Assembly: GCF_009834535.1 (NCBI RefSeq)
Contig: NC_045698.1
Span: 11,222,001 to 11,286,000, forward strand
DNA length: 64,000 bases
Direction: 5' to 3'
From: Camelus ferus
Taxonomy: Eukaryota
Part shown: positions 37,095 through 49,315 of the stretch, one piece after another
Position numbering within the stretch: position 1 is the first letter of the stretch
Layout of the letters: every line of letters begins with the position of its first letter
Made by a program: the position numbers and the translations under genes
Notes under the pieces: model-generated
The model's input: the letters and a program-made list of their open reading frames with translations, nothing else
Database searches by the model: none
What the model was told of the DNA's origin: nothing

Positions 37095-37240
37095 TTTGTA
37101 ACTCCCCATGTATGTGTGACACAAGTTACTTAGCTTTAATTTACTTCTCTGTAAACCAGGAATCATACTAGTGTCCACTTTATGTGTTAGTTATGAGGAT
37201 TACATTTAAAAATTATATACAGTGTGAGTCCCTGTGCATA
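37095..37240 (+). mobile_element. MIR fragment
   Basis: gtgtgacacaagttacttagc...ctctgtaaaccaggaat...gttatgaggattacattt. Confidence 0.65.
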
Positions 37241-37619
37241 TTAGCTGGTTTAGTTTCATCAGCTTGATCACAGCCCCTTTATGTAAGTTCCATCTCCTGC
37301 CTTGTTCTGGGACTTTGTATGGAAAAGTCTCCCCTAAATGAATTCGACATAATTCTTCTGGAAATCCCAATAAGATTCGAATTTTGAAACTTGACCAAAT
37401 TGTACTTTCTTTACCTAGAAGAATAAATCCAACATCTCTAAGTACCTACCATTTGTGGACAATGAAGTCACTTCAGTTACATCTGTATAACAGTATGGAT
37501 GTTGAATTACTTATGTATGTTGAACTCATTTGTTAAATGAAATACATGTACATATGAGGATATCCCGGAAAAAACTGGAAACATGTAATGAAAGTAACAT
37601 TTCCTTAGTGTCATGAAAA

Positions 37620-38260
37620 TATATTATACATTTGCAGATATTTAAGAAGTGTGGTATGGTAGAGCCTGGTGTAATGGAACGGAGAGCTCAAGGGAGATTT
37701 AGTTCTATATGGCAATTTAGGGTCTGATAAAGATGGCATTAGAAATGGATAAGGACGCTAAGCCTTGTCAATACCTCCCAACAGGAATATCAACTTCTCA
37801 TTTTTTAAAAAAAGAACATGGAGGACCTCACGTGTTCCTGATGCCAAAATATGCTTTTGATGGATGAAAGATTTAAATGTTCAAATTATATATAGATACA
37901 TTGTTTTATGATCTTGAGGTAGAAGAACCTTTCCAATCATAGAAACAGAAGTTGTCATGAAGCTGAAGACTACCAGTGGGTGCCTGGGGTACTGCCTGCT
38001 GTATAGGGTAGAGAAATATCTTTATATTGTTAAAAATATCTCTCTTTCCAGTTCAACACAAGTTTCTTTTTTATTGCTCGACTTCTCAGTCCTTTTGATG
38101 TATTAGTCTTTGTTGTTAATCTTCACGTAGTATATTTTATTTCTCAAATGCCTTTTATCATACCTTGCAATCAGAAGTGCTGATGTATGTGAATCAAGAG
38201 CCTTAAAATATGTTTTCATGCTTCGACCTAGGAATTTCACACTAGGAAATCTCCTTACAA
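37620..38260 (+). mobile_element. Ancient L1ME-like ORF2 fragments
   Basis: gataaagatggcatt; cctcacgtgttcctgatgccaaaat...gatggatgaaagatttaaatg; gacctaggaatttcacactaggaaat. Confidence 0.5.
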
Positions 38261-38460
38261 ATCTAAGTTTTATTTGTAGATATATGCTTCTTAACTTTTA
38301 TAATATAAAAATGTTGGTGAAATATTTTATTGAGACATCTGTACGTCAACTTCCTGTTTAGCTCTTGAAAACATGTTAGCAAACAACATTTAATGTTGTG
38401 GGAAAATATTTATGAAAAATGAAGATTATGAAGCAGCATTTCTTTTTTTAAAAAAAGTTC

Positions 38461-38737
38461 TTATTTTTAATTGAAGTGTAGTCAATTTACAGTGTTAGTT
38501 TCAGGTGTACAGCAAAGAGATTCAGTTATACATACATACATATATATTTTTTCAGTTTGTTTTCCATTATGGCTCATTGCAAGAAATTGAATATAGTTCC
38601 CTGTGCTATACTGTGGGTCTTTGTTGTTTTTCTGTTTTATGTATTGTAATGTGAATCTTTTAATCCCAAACTCCTAATCTATCCCTCCCTCCCTCTTTTC
38701 TGAAACTACAGTTTGTTTTCTGTGTCTGTGAATCTCT
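38461..38737 (-). mobile_element. L1 3'UTR fragment (cetartiodactyl type)
   Basis: tttttaattgaagtgtagtcaatttac...ttgaatatagttccctgtgctatac...aaactcctaatctatccctcc. Confidence 0.88.
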
Positions 38738-39681
38738 TATGAAGGAACACTTCTTATGTGACCCCAGTTGTGCATAGGATTATATTTAAGGGGAAAAAGA
38801 CTGAGGGGATATATTTCAAGCTGATATCAACGGTTATCACTGGGTCTTGGAATTGCAGATTGCGTGCTGTGTCATTTTATGTGAGGGACTTGAGAATCCA
38901 TAATTTTTGTTATATGTGGAGGCTCCTGGAACCCATCTCCTGCAAATACCAAGGCATGACTGTAGTTTTCTTTTTCGTATTTTCCAGTATTGTCCAACTT
39001 TCCATGTTAAAGAGGCAATTTATAAAAAATTCACTGCTTCTTTTTTTAAGGGTGAAAATGACTCTTTGACCAGTTTATTTTGGAATTTTGTTGAATGTGA
39101 CATGACTAAATATTCAGTTCTTTCATTTTTTTTTTCACTGTTGGTTAAGATTTTTGGTAAAGCGTGGTTGTTAAGGGTCAACCTTGCTATTTTTCATCCT
39201 TGATACTCAAATATGCGTTCAGCACCCGTCTATGCAGCCATCATTTACTTTCACTTTTTAAATAGTCAGTTTTAAAACTTTTTTATTCTTAAAATTTTTT
39301 TTCCATTAGTTGAACACAATTCTAACACAATTTGTCTTCTTTATGTATATTTACAATCTAAGGTTCCAATACATTACATATATTCTACTTTATTCTGTAT
39401 TCATTTACATTGACTATTTACTGAATGCCAAGTATTATGCATGCAGAATTCCTTGATGAGCCAAATAGACCTGACCTTCTGGAACTTTTCATCTTGTAGG
39501 GACAGAGATATTATATAATCTCAGAAATAAATTACATGCTGAGAATGTATTCTTCAGTACATGCCTGGAAGTAAAACTGTGAGTCCAGGTCTGAATGATG
39601 AACAGGATAAAGCAAGGTAAACATTTGTGTGAACACAGTTATATGGGGGGTTGTGATGGCAGGGGAACGTTGTGTTCTGGT

Positions 39682-40655
39682 TGTCAGTTATTATGTAGCA
39701 GATTACCCTCAAACTAAATGCATTAGTTTCCTGTTGCTACGGTAACAACTCACTACTAATTTAGTAGCTTAAGACAACACAAACTTATAGTCCTGGGGGG
39801 TCTCAAAGCCCCATGTTGAGTTTCAGAGGACTGAAGTCAAGATGTTAGCAGGCCCATGTTTCTTCCCAAGGCTCTAGGGGAGAATCCATTCCTTGCTTTT
39901 CCCTGCTTGGTTCATGGTCTCTTCCTTCATCTTCAAAACCAGCAGCATCTTCTGATCTCTCTCTGTGTCTCTCTCTGACTCTGATCCTTCTGCTTCCCTC
40001 CTATAAGGACCTTTGTGATGACTTTTTGCCCATCTGGATAATCCAGGATTATATCCCCACCTCTCAATCTTCATCACATCAGCAAAGTCCCTTTTACCAT
40101 AGAAAGTAACTTGATGTTCAAGGTTCTGGGAATTAGGATGTGGACATCTTTGGGAAAGCCATTATTCTGCTTTTATATTTAGTTACTTAAAACAACAACC
40201 ATTGTGTTATATTCCATGTTTTATTTTCAATCAGACATTTGGATAGGGCTTGTCTATAATTCTTTGGTTCCCTGTGACATGAACTGAAGTCACTGGTGGT
40301 ATTCCGCTGGTGAATAAGCTGGTCTGGGAGGTTAACGGTATGTGCCTGAACCTTGCCTGGAGTGCCTAGACTGTCAGTTGGAGAGCCTACAGGTGACCTC
40401 TCTAGCAGGATGGTTTCAGGGTAACCAGACTTCTTATATGGTTGTTCAAGGTTCCAGAAAGAGTCTTTCAAGAGACAGAAAGTGGAAGCTTCCAGTTTCT
40501 GAAATTCTGGGTTCAGATATTGGCACAGCATTGCTTCTACCATATTCTGTAAGTCACAGTGATCCCAGAGCCACCTGGATTTAAAGGTAGGGGCACTGAG
40601 TCTACCACTCCATGGGATGAATGTTGATGTGTTTGCAGCCAATTTTAATCTGTAG
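39682..40655 (-). mobile_element. Older MaLR LTR (MLT1F/H-like), interrupted at 39720-40175
   Basis: Left stub attatgtagcagattaccctcaaact continues after the insert as tagttacttaaaacaacaacc...cagacttcttatatgg...agtcacagtg. Confidence 0.7.
39720..40175 (-). mobile_element. MaLR solo LTR (MLT1D-like), nested
   Basis: tgcattagtttcctgttgctacggtaacaa...ggctctaggggagaatccattccttgc...ctggataatccaggat...gggaattaggatgtggacatctttggg. Confidence 0.88.
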
Positions 40656-41194
40656 GGTGGACAGGTGCTGCTGCATGATTCTACGATGAGGGACTAACCT
40701 GTGGGAAGGTCTTGGACCTAGAGGAAGCTTAGAGCTTTTCTGAGCAATGACCTATGTGTATTTGCAAGATGATGGCAGAAGGGAGAAATGATGACAACAG
40801 ACAAGCACGCATGGCCAGTTCTTGTAGGACCTTCTAGGCCATGTGCAGAATAAGGATTTATTCTAAGAGCAAGGAGGAGCCCCTGAGGACTGTGAACAGA
40901 GACAGACCTGCTCTGGCAGCTGTATGATCCTGGGAGTGGGCAGTAAGGGAAGCCTATTAGATGTCAGTTGTGGGGCAGGTAAGACATAGCAGTGCTTGGG
41001 ATAGTATGGTTCTGACTCATTTTCAGTCACACTTTTTCCTTATGATAGAGAAGTGATAAAGTGTAGTCAGTGATAGTCTGAACTACTTGCCTGTATCAAG
41101 GTAAATACAGAAATTAAGAGTTATTAGGATCTTTTCCAGCAACTTAACGTGCTGTGACATCCAGAGGGTTGAGCCTGGGCTTGTATTTTCTGTC

Positions 41195-41212
41195 TTTTTT
41201 TTTTTTTTTTTT
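41195..41212. repeat. Poly(T)18
   Basis: Direct reading. Confidence 0.9.
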
Positions 41213-41386
41213 GTAACTTTTAATGTTTTTCTTTGTTTTTGTTCCATTTTACAAAGTATTACTAAGAATTGGAAATTGGAAAAAATACTGATCCTTTCCA
41301 ACTCCTATATTGAAAAGCACCTTTTCTAGAACACGATCTCTTACTTTATTTAGCACGTTTATTTTTCCTTTGTGTCACCCTTGGAC

Positions 41387-41409
41387 TTTTTTTTTTTTTT
41401 TTTTTTTTT
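41387..41409. repeat. Poly(T)23
   Basis: Direct reading. Confidence 0.9.
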
Positions 41410-42716
41410 ATGAAAAAAGAACACCTGGAACTGCAGGGCTGGATTTCGTAGACTGAGCCGGAGGTTGAAGTCATTCTCATTTGCTCATTTAATACGTGAC
41501 AGCTGAGGACCTGGATATAGCAGTATTTTAACAGTCTGTTAAATCCCTGATGTGGCTGCTCGTTCATAAAATCTTGTCACTATTTATTTGTCATCTCTTT
41601 AGTATTTGCATTTTAGGATTAAGTGTGCGCTGGTTGCATTAATCATGCAAGACTTCTTGCTCGTGGTGACAGGGGCCAATTTATGGTTGGCAAATATTAG
41701 AAAGAAACAGATTGAAACAGGGAATCATTTAAAAATTAATATGTAGGCTATAAATGTTTTCTTTTAACTCAAAACATATTCATTCATTTTCCAGTCTTTT
41801 GAAGTTAGGTTAAAACCTTCTCTTTGACTATGTGGTTTCTGATTAGTGTTCTGCAGTGTTTTTTCTTGCATGGATCAGATAGCATCACATCCTTTATGAT
41901 TGCCAGTTTTGATGTCTTTAAACTTGGTAGGATGAAATATACTTTTATTTTTTCAAAAGTAACAGATGCAACAGAAAAATTGGGGAAAATACAATTTAAA
42001 AATGATATGTTGTATAATTAATCAGAAATCCACATATTTGAAATTAGAAATGGTGCATTTTCCTTATGATAAAAGGAGAAAGAAGCAGAAATAGCTTGTT
42101 TTTGTTAAGTATTGAATGCATAAATGACACAGCCTTGTATCTTGGCAGACAGAAAAGATAGGTTGTCATGGGTCACTCAGCTCCTCAAATGCTTTATTCT
42201 TACTCTGCTAATAAAAAGCATCTGATAAATTTAGACACTCTGCTGATAGTTTTATCCCTTAGAAGTTAGAAAAAGTAATGATGGGGAAGATTATAAAATA
42301 AAAAAAAACATAAAAAATGAAATTCTGATCATATAATTGAGACCATTTCCAACAGAAACTGGGGTCAGTGTGAATGGATCTCTTATGAGCTCAGATCTTA
42401 AAGCCCATATAAAAGGGATAAAGATGGGTACAGAATCAAGAGAAAAGTAGTATCAAAGCTTAGGAATGGTGTCAGTGGGAGGGGCATCACAAATGAGCTG
42501 AAACAGACAGGAATGAAAAAGAAAACTACCCAAAGGCATGTTGTTTGAAGTTATGAAGGTGAAGTGGGAAACATGTCAAAGAAGGCATAAAGCCATCACA
42601 GAAGACAGCATCATTTAACAGGTGACAGGGAAAGCACAGCCATACAGATGCTGGTCTTTAATTCTTTCAACAGCAAGGAGAGTGTCTTCATAAATGCTAA
42701 AAGGCATAAGTGATAA

Positions 42717-43500
42717 GCAACAGCTAATATTTCTGCAGTGCTTTCTCTGTGTCAGTCACAGTTCTAAATGCTTTACATATATTAACTCATTTAACCCTTG
42801 AATTGATGAGGCAGGTGCTATTATTGTTACCAAAGCAAACTTGGATCTGCTTGCCCAGTGCACAGTAAAGCCAATCTGCTGATACCAGGTTGTGGTGAAG
42901 GAAAGTACAGCATTTATCCCAGGGTGCCAAGCAAGAATAGGCAGCTCATGCTCAAAAGACCTGAACTCTCCAATGGCTTTTAGGGAAGGGTTTTTAAAAG
43001 TAAGGTAAGGGAGAGGGTGTCACGTTGCCTGATCAGTTCATGGACATTCTTTTGACTGGTTGGTGGTGAGGTAACTGGGTGTTATTTCTGGGGTCAACAT
43101 CATCAACTTTCTGGTTCCAGCCAGTTTGGAGATCTGTGTGCATGTGGTCAGCAGTTAACTTCTTCCACCTGATGGGGGTTTAATATCTGCAAAACAACTC
43201 AAGGATATGGCTCAGGATATTGTCTACAGACCTTGAGGAGGAACTAAAGGTCCTTGACTTTGTTTTATGGCTAAACTATGATTATTCTGTCTTGCTTGAC
43301 TGTTTTCCTTTGTTTCTGCATTTTCTTACTTCTCTGATTAAATTTGCTCTTTGGAACTCAGGGAAAGCCTAGGAGCTTTTCTATGAAAAAGAGGCTGGGA
43401 CATGACATGGGGGAGGGTGTCTGTACCTGGGGAGGTCCCACAGGTCCTGCTTTGTTCATTATTATAACCACTGTAGAAGTGAGAGGGTTCAGGGTATTGC
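42717..43500 (-). mobile_element. MIR split by an LTR (pieces 42717-42824 and 43459-43500)
   Basis: aacagctaatatt...ttctaaatgctttacatatattaactcatttaaccc...ggtgctattat resumes as tattataaccactgtagaagtgag after the LTR. Confidence 0.75.
42825..43458 (-). mobile_element. ERV1-class solo LTR (634 bp) with 4-bp TSD
   Basis: TG...CA ends (tgttacc...ttgttca); TSD ttat at 42821-42824 and 43459-43462. The minus-strand start tgaacaaagcaggacctgtggg is of the laurasiatherian ERV1 LTR type. Confidence 0.85.
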
Positions 43501-43749
43501 CTCTACTCAGTGCCTTGAACTAAGGCATCTTTCTCTGGACTTCATTCTTTGTAGTAGGGCTCTGTGAGTTAAACTTGCGGCCCACAAATGTGATGACATC
43601 TTTTAAAAAGAATCTTTAAAATGAGCTCAAATCAGCAAGTCTGAACAAGTCACAGCACAAGGGACTGAAAGAACTGGAGATAGAACGAATGATCTGATTT
43701 TGGAAATTGAGGAAAGCGTCAAGTCCTGAAACCACAGCCTGTTGAGTTG

Positions 43750-44100
43750 GCTTTATTTATTCAGCAAACCCAGTTCACTACCTACAATGGGACAGATCCT
43801 GCGCAGCATGTTAAGAATGAGAAGACACAGTAAATGAAATGCTTGCCTTCCAGATGCACCATCTAGGATGAAAGCAAACAAATTAAGGAGACCTCTGGTT
43901 CTTTTTAATGTGTTACTTAGAAACCTTAGTGGACCCAGAGGAAGGAGCTGCCATGCCTGCTAATCTTCAAAGGCTTCACAGAGGACCTGATGTTTGATCC
44001 AAGCTTTGCATGATGAGGAAGAGGCCCCCAGAGGGAATTGGAAGGCAGAGTCGTGCCCACTTGTGAAGAAAGCTAAGTGTGAAAGTGCCCGGGAGCTTGT
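43750..44100 (-). mobile_element. L2 3' end
   Basis: tttatttattcagcaaac...cttgccttccagatgcaccatctagg...aaggcttcacagaggacctgatgtttga. Confidence 0.65.
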
Positions 44101-44115
44101 GAACACTGTTCATCT

Positions 44116-44275
44116 AGCCCTGGACCACTCAACGTGGGACCCAGGACCAGCTGCGTGGCATCCCTGAGAGCCTGTCAGAGGTGCAGAATCTCAGGCTTCT
44201 CCACATCTGCCAGATCTGCAGTTTAACAGGTTCTCTGGGGGACTGGTATGCACGTTAAAATTTGCGGAAGTGCTG
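44116..44275. mobile_element. hAT-Charlie MITE (MER5A-like)
   Basis: ggacccaggaccagctgcgtggcatccctgagagcctgtcagaggtgcagaatctcagg...ctgcagtttaacagg...ggtatgcacgttaaaatttgcggaagtgctg. Confidence 0.85.
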
Positions 44276-44889
44276 CTGTATTCTGAGTGTGGAATTCCAG
44301 CACTGAGTGCGCGCAGTAGATGTAGGTGGTGGAGGATGGGGGCGGGACAGTGTGTCTCACCAGGCAGGCTGACTTCAGACTGTACCTCAAGGGCGATGAT
44401 GACCTGTGGCAAAACCTGAGCACAGCTCAGCAAGCAGTTTGCACACTTGATCCTTGCCAGTCATCGGTCTACAGATCGACCTGTTTATAGTTTCCAGAAA
44501 CAGTGTTTCAACTGGGTTTGTAGAAAGTAATATTCCAAAATTTGTGGCACTAGAAAATAGATTTAGGATAAAAACCATCCTCCGGCACTCTCCCTCTTAT
44601 GCTCTGAACCTTAAAATACAGTCAGGGCTATAGAAAGCAAAGTTTGAGTCCCTACCCAGGCCGGTTTCCTTGGCAGAATTAGAAAATGATCCTTCAGTGG
44701 GGGATGCTATTTTGTGTTTTGATCATTAAGGACCTCTCATGTTTTGAGAAGCAAATGGATGAATAATTATTGAGGAAGGCTTGTATTTTTGTTGTTGTTG
44801 TTTATCTCTGGCCCTGGGATTTAGTCTTAAATTTCCAAATTGCAAAATCCATCAGGCTCTTCACATCCAGAAATGTCTCTAGGATTGAG

Positions 44890-45098
44890 CTGATGGTTCG
44901 AACTCAGGCAGGCCTGGCTTGCGAATCGGGCTCCATGATTTATTGGACCTACAGAGCTCAGCCTCTCAGTCCAAAAAAGGAAGGTAAAAATGTTTCTCTC
45001 TCAAGTTATTGCACGCATAGGAGTACAGTCTATGTAAAGACTGCTAAATCGCTGCCTGGCATAGGAAAATGCTTAATGAACAGTGGTCATTATTCTTA
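44890..45098 (+). mobile_element. MIR
   Basis: tatgtaaagactgctaaatcgctgcctggcataggaaaatgcttaatgaacagtggtcattatt terminus. Confidence 0.65.
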
Positions 45099-45432
45099 AC
45101 AATTTACAGAGTTGTGTCTGTTGAAGTAGACCAGGGCAGTGAATAGGAGCAGTTAAGAGCCAGGAGTGGAGGGGGAGACAGTGTGCTGCTATGGTGGTGG
45201 ATTTTGCTGTTTTTGCTGCCTCTGTCTGGCCCGGTCCTGCTGCTGGCCTCTGCTCTGCTGAGGGTCATAGAAACACCTTGCCCCTGACAGGGGCCGGAGG
45301 CCCTTATCCTAGGATATTTACAAAAAGGCTGGTTTCCTTGGATGGCCTTTTATAGCATCATAAGGAACTTTGGTGCCTGCCTTAGTGTTTGCCTGAAGTT
45401 TGGGATTTGGCATCAGACTGGTGTTCTATTAG

Positions 45433-45867
45433 TGTAGATAGTTTCCCATGGCTGCCAAAACAAAGTACCAAGAACTCAATGGCTTAACACAATGCAAGCG
45501 TATCGTCTCACAGTTCAGGAGGCCAGACGTCAGAAATCAAGGTATTGGCGGGGCCCAGTCCCTCTGAAACCTGTCAGGGGGAATCCTTCCTTGCAGTCTT
45601 GGGGTTTCCTTGGCCAGCCAGCAGCTGCAGCATCTCAGTCCCTGCCTCTGTCATCACGATGCGTGCTCCTTGCATGTCTGTGTCTCTGAGTCTCCTCTCC
45701 TGTTCTGTACGGATCAGGGGCCCCCTCCACTGCAGTATGACTTCATCCTAACTAATTACGTCTTCAGTGACCCCACCTCCATATAAATACCCTCCGCATT
45801 CTGAGGGTGATGGGGCCTAGGACTTCAACAGCAGCTCTTTCGGATGGACACCGTTTAACCCCTGACA
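45433..45867 (-). mobile_element. MaLR solo LTR (MLT1B/C-like)
   Basis: tgtagatagtttcccatggctgcc...ctcacagttcaggaggccag...atgacttcatcctaactaattac...ggacttcaac...ggacaccgtttaacccctgaca. Confidence 0.88.
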
Positions 45868-46470
45868 GTCTTAGGAGCCCAGTCTGCTCTCCTCCCTGTC
45901 CTCAGTCTTACCACCAGGACGAGTGGGGCCTGCACCATTGGTGGAGCAGCGCATCTCACAGGTGGAGCTGCAGCGTCTCACAGCAGCTGGCACCTGCCGA
46001 GGCCTGTGGCCTGAGCCTGGTAGCAGTACACGCCCAGAGTTCCAGCCACTTAAGGCAAGCCCCCCACAGAGGCTTCACACTCCCTGGGGATTATTTTACT
46101 TCCAGAAATCCATAATCAGTTTCTCTGGATTCCCAGAAAATGAACCATTTATTAATGTTTTAGGGACTCCTTGAATTGAGCTAATCCCCCCAAAACCTTC
46201 CTTTGGGGCTGTGAGCTGAGGGTGGTGCACCCCCCACTCTGCAGGAAGATGCATTCAGGGGAGAAGCCCAGACAGGGCAGAGCCCTGCACACCCGGCTCC
46301 TTCTTCCAGACTCTACAGTCAGTTCATTCCCCTCTCCTCCTCCCCTGGGTATGAGCGTGGGAGGCAGTGCAGAGGGGCAGGGGGTTTGGCTGCATGGATA
46401 TTCTTCGAGAGGGAAACAGGAGGAGTGAGGAGTAAGTGTCTCTCCTAAAAGCCATCACTGCCATTTTAGT

Positions 46471-46993
46471 TGTGATGGTTCATTGTACACATCAACACAT
46501 TGTACACATCAACTCTGTGGTTGGGCCACAGAGTGGCCGACATTTGGTTAAACATTATCCTGGGCATGTGTGTGAGGGTATTTCTGGATGAGATGGACGT
46601 TTGGGTTGGTGGACTCAGTAGAGCAGACTGCCCCCCCCCCCCCCAACTTGGGCAGGCCTGACCCAATCCATGGACTGCCTGAATAGAATCAAAGGCCAAG
46701 CATAAAGGATTCTTTCTCTGCCTGAATGTCTTTGAGATGGGATGTCAGTCTTCTCCTGCATTTGGACAAGGACTTGAACTACGATTTTGAGCTTACGCCA
46801 CCATATCCCCTGGTTCTCAGGCCTTCAGTCTCAGACTAGAACTATACCACCAGTCCTCCTGGGCCTCCAGCTTACTGACTTCAGATTTTGGGATCTCTCA
46901 GCCTCTAGAATTGAGCCAGTTCCTCATAGTAAATCTGTTGATATGTATAATCTCCTATTGGTTGTATTTCTCTGGAGAACTCTGACTAATGCA
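46471..46993 (+). mobile_element. ERVL solo LTR (MLT2C-like) with perfect 5-bp TSD
   Basis: tgtgatggtt...ctctggagaactctgactaatgca; TSD ttagt at 46466-46470 and 46994-46998. Confidence 0.92.
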
Positions 46994-49315
46994 TTAGTAA
47001 ATATGACCTCCAGCGTATCTGGGGATCCAATGAAGCTTTGAAAAAGCATTGGTTTCTCACACATGATGTCAACAAGCTTAGCAGTTAAAATAATTGGTAG
47101 TTTATAGCTTAGAAGGGATTTTAGAGCCCTTCTACCCCAACCCTAGCCTGGTGACCTTGTCCCACTTCTCCAGGTTACTTTCATGCTGAATGGAAAAATG
47201 AACATGAAGATGAGTTTTTATGTTTCTCCAGTGCTTTCTGTTTGTTGCAAAAATAAAAAAGGAAAATACTCAAATCCACGTCAAAAGTGGCGGGGGTGTG
47301 TGATCCTCCAAGGGTACCATGTGCAGCCAGTTTCGGTGCTGTCAGGCCCCTGAGGGTCAGGGCTTGTGCACCTATTCAACTCAAAGCTAAAGAGAGACAG
47401 TCCTGCCCAGCCCTTAATTTCTGATTCAGAAGAGCTCGGGGTGGTTGACATGACCACAACTGGGGGCTGTTTAGAAGGTAAAAATTTATGGTCTGTGACA
47501 CCTTCTCTTCTTTATGTAAAATCAAACCCTCAAATGGTGGGTGACTAGCTAAGCCTTCCAGATGGTTCTCCATGAAAGAAAATGTGGTTTACTCTAGAGC
47601 AAACCAAGTGAGCCTTTGTGAACCTAGAACAAGACAGACTTCGACAGGATTCCATGTAGGATGTGGGGGGTGTGTGGATGTCCTTGGAGAGATGTCAGAG
47701 CCTCCTTCTGGTCCTCATCTAACACACCCCAGTCTCCTAGTGTTTTTCTATCCCATAATGGCGACTTGCCCGCCTGTTCAATTGATTTTATGATTTTACT
47801 TTAAAAGAAAAGAACAGTTGCATCTTTCTTTCATACATGAAGTGCAAAACTCTGAGTACTTTCTATCTTTTCTTCTTTTGATCAGAGTACCATTTTACTC
47901 ATTTCAATTCTAATTTGTTTAACAGATTTCATTTGCTTTTCCCCACTTAATGCATGAACCCTTTTATGTGTTGAACAGTTATTTGTTTAAGAGGGTCTGT
48001 GATGAATGATGCAGCGAGCAGCCACATTTTTCACATAATAATTTTTTATGAACCATGCAAAGACAGCTCGAGTTTAATAAATCGAAATGAACTCTCTCCA
48101 GCAGCAAGGGTCCCAGTCTTTAGGCTTCCTCATGGAATGGCTTCTTTCTCTCTGTGTTTGAATTATTGATCGGGTCAACCTCATCTTGGGTCCCCTCTTG
48201 CTGCAATATTTTAGGAGAAAGGAACCAGCTAAATCTAGCTAGAGATTTGCACGAATTCTGATTTTTTAAAAGCCAAGAAATTTAGCCAGGAATCACCTTG
48301 TCATCTGTATAATAATTGTATTTGTCGGTCAGAATCTCACCCTGGCTTCCTCACAGGAGAGGCCACTGTATAGGAAGGTCTTGCGTGGAGCAGCTGATCT
48401 TGGGTGGAATAACACAGGAAGACCTTATTGTCCTCCTCTTTATATTCTTTACCTCTTATATTGCATCCAGGTTGGAAAGGTGGGTGCATGCTGGGTTTAA
48501 CTTCTTTGAAATATTAAGTATGGAACTTTGAACTATGCTTTCTTTTCCTGGATCAAGCAAGAATTGAAGGCTGAGCTTAAAGAGTTTGAAGGAAACATTT
48601 GCTTCTCCACAGTATAAGATGGATAAAGATGAAGACTGGTGTGGTCAAGGAAGAGGAAGTAGTCCCCACACGCCCAGTTGACATGATGTGCTTCAAGTGT
48701 CTCTTGGTTGGAAACAGTGATCATCTCTGTGAGGATGGTCTGTGTCTTGGCTGTAGAGGTGGCTACTTGGGTTTGATCTGAGGCCATGTCAAGACCTAGT
48801 AAATACAAGGAATTTTGTCCAAATTAGTGCTTAGATGTGTGTCTGATCCAATGCTTTCCTCCTTTATAAAACCAAAATAAATTATTTTGAATTAGACATT
48901 ATTTTGACAATTTATACTTTCAGTCATCAAAAAAGATGGTGAGCTTGTCTGGTCACAGTGACCTGCCTGGAGTTTTCCTTTTCAAATCCATCCTCATTGA
49001 GATTTTGCTATTGATGATGACGATTTGGAGCAAGGAGCTAAAGAATAGTTGTATTATTGTCCTCACGTGGGAAATAATATGGCAGCGATGTTAAAATGGT
49101 AAAAAACTCCTTTCCTGCCACATCACAGTGAGAGAGATAGAGAGAGTGCAAGCACTTAATCATCACTTTTGGCTACTTGAGTAATGCTTCCTTTTTTAAG
49201 GAAACATACTCTTAATCTCAAGATGACTTCAGTTTGACATTTGCTTGGGAGACTGAATGTTAGCACATCAGAGATGTGTAAGTATCTTGATGCCTTAATG
49301 AAATATGGTAGGGGG

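Larger units (their letters stand above)
39400..41010 (-). mobile_element. L2 split by nested MaLR LTRs (L2 pieces ~39400-39680 and ~40660-41010)
   Basis: actatttactgaatgcc terminus; ttgtaggaccttctaggccatg...gatttattctaagagcaaggaggagccc. Confidence 0.65.

Noticed and set aside
45940-45982. Short two-copy tandem duplications (also 59210-59255, 21301-21320, 56991-57010) considered as CRISPR-like repeats
   Set aside because: Only two imperfect copies, no unique spacers, no cas genes, eukaryotic context; these are slippage duplications.
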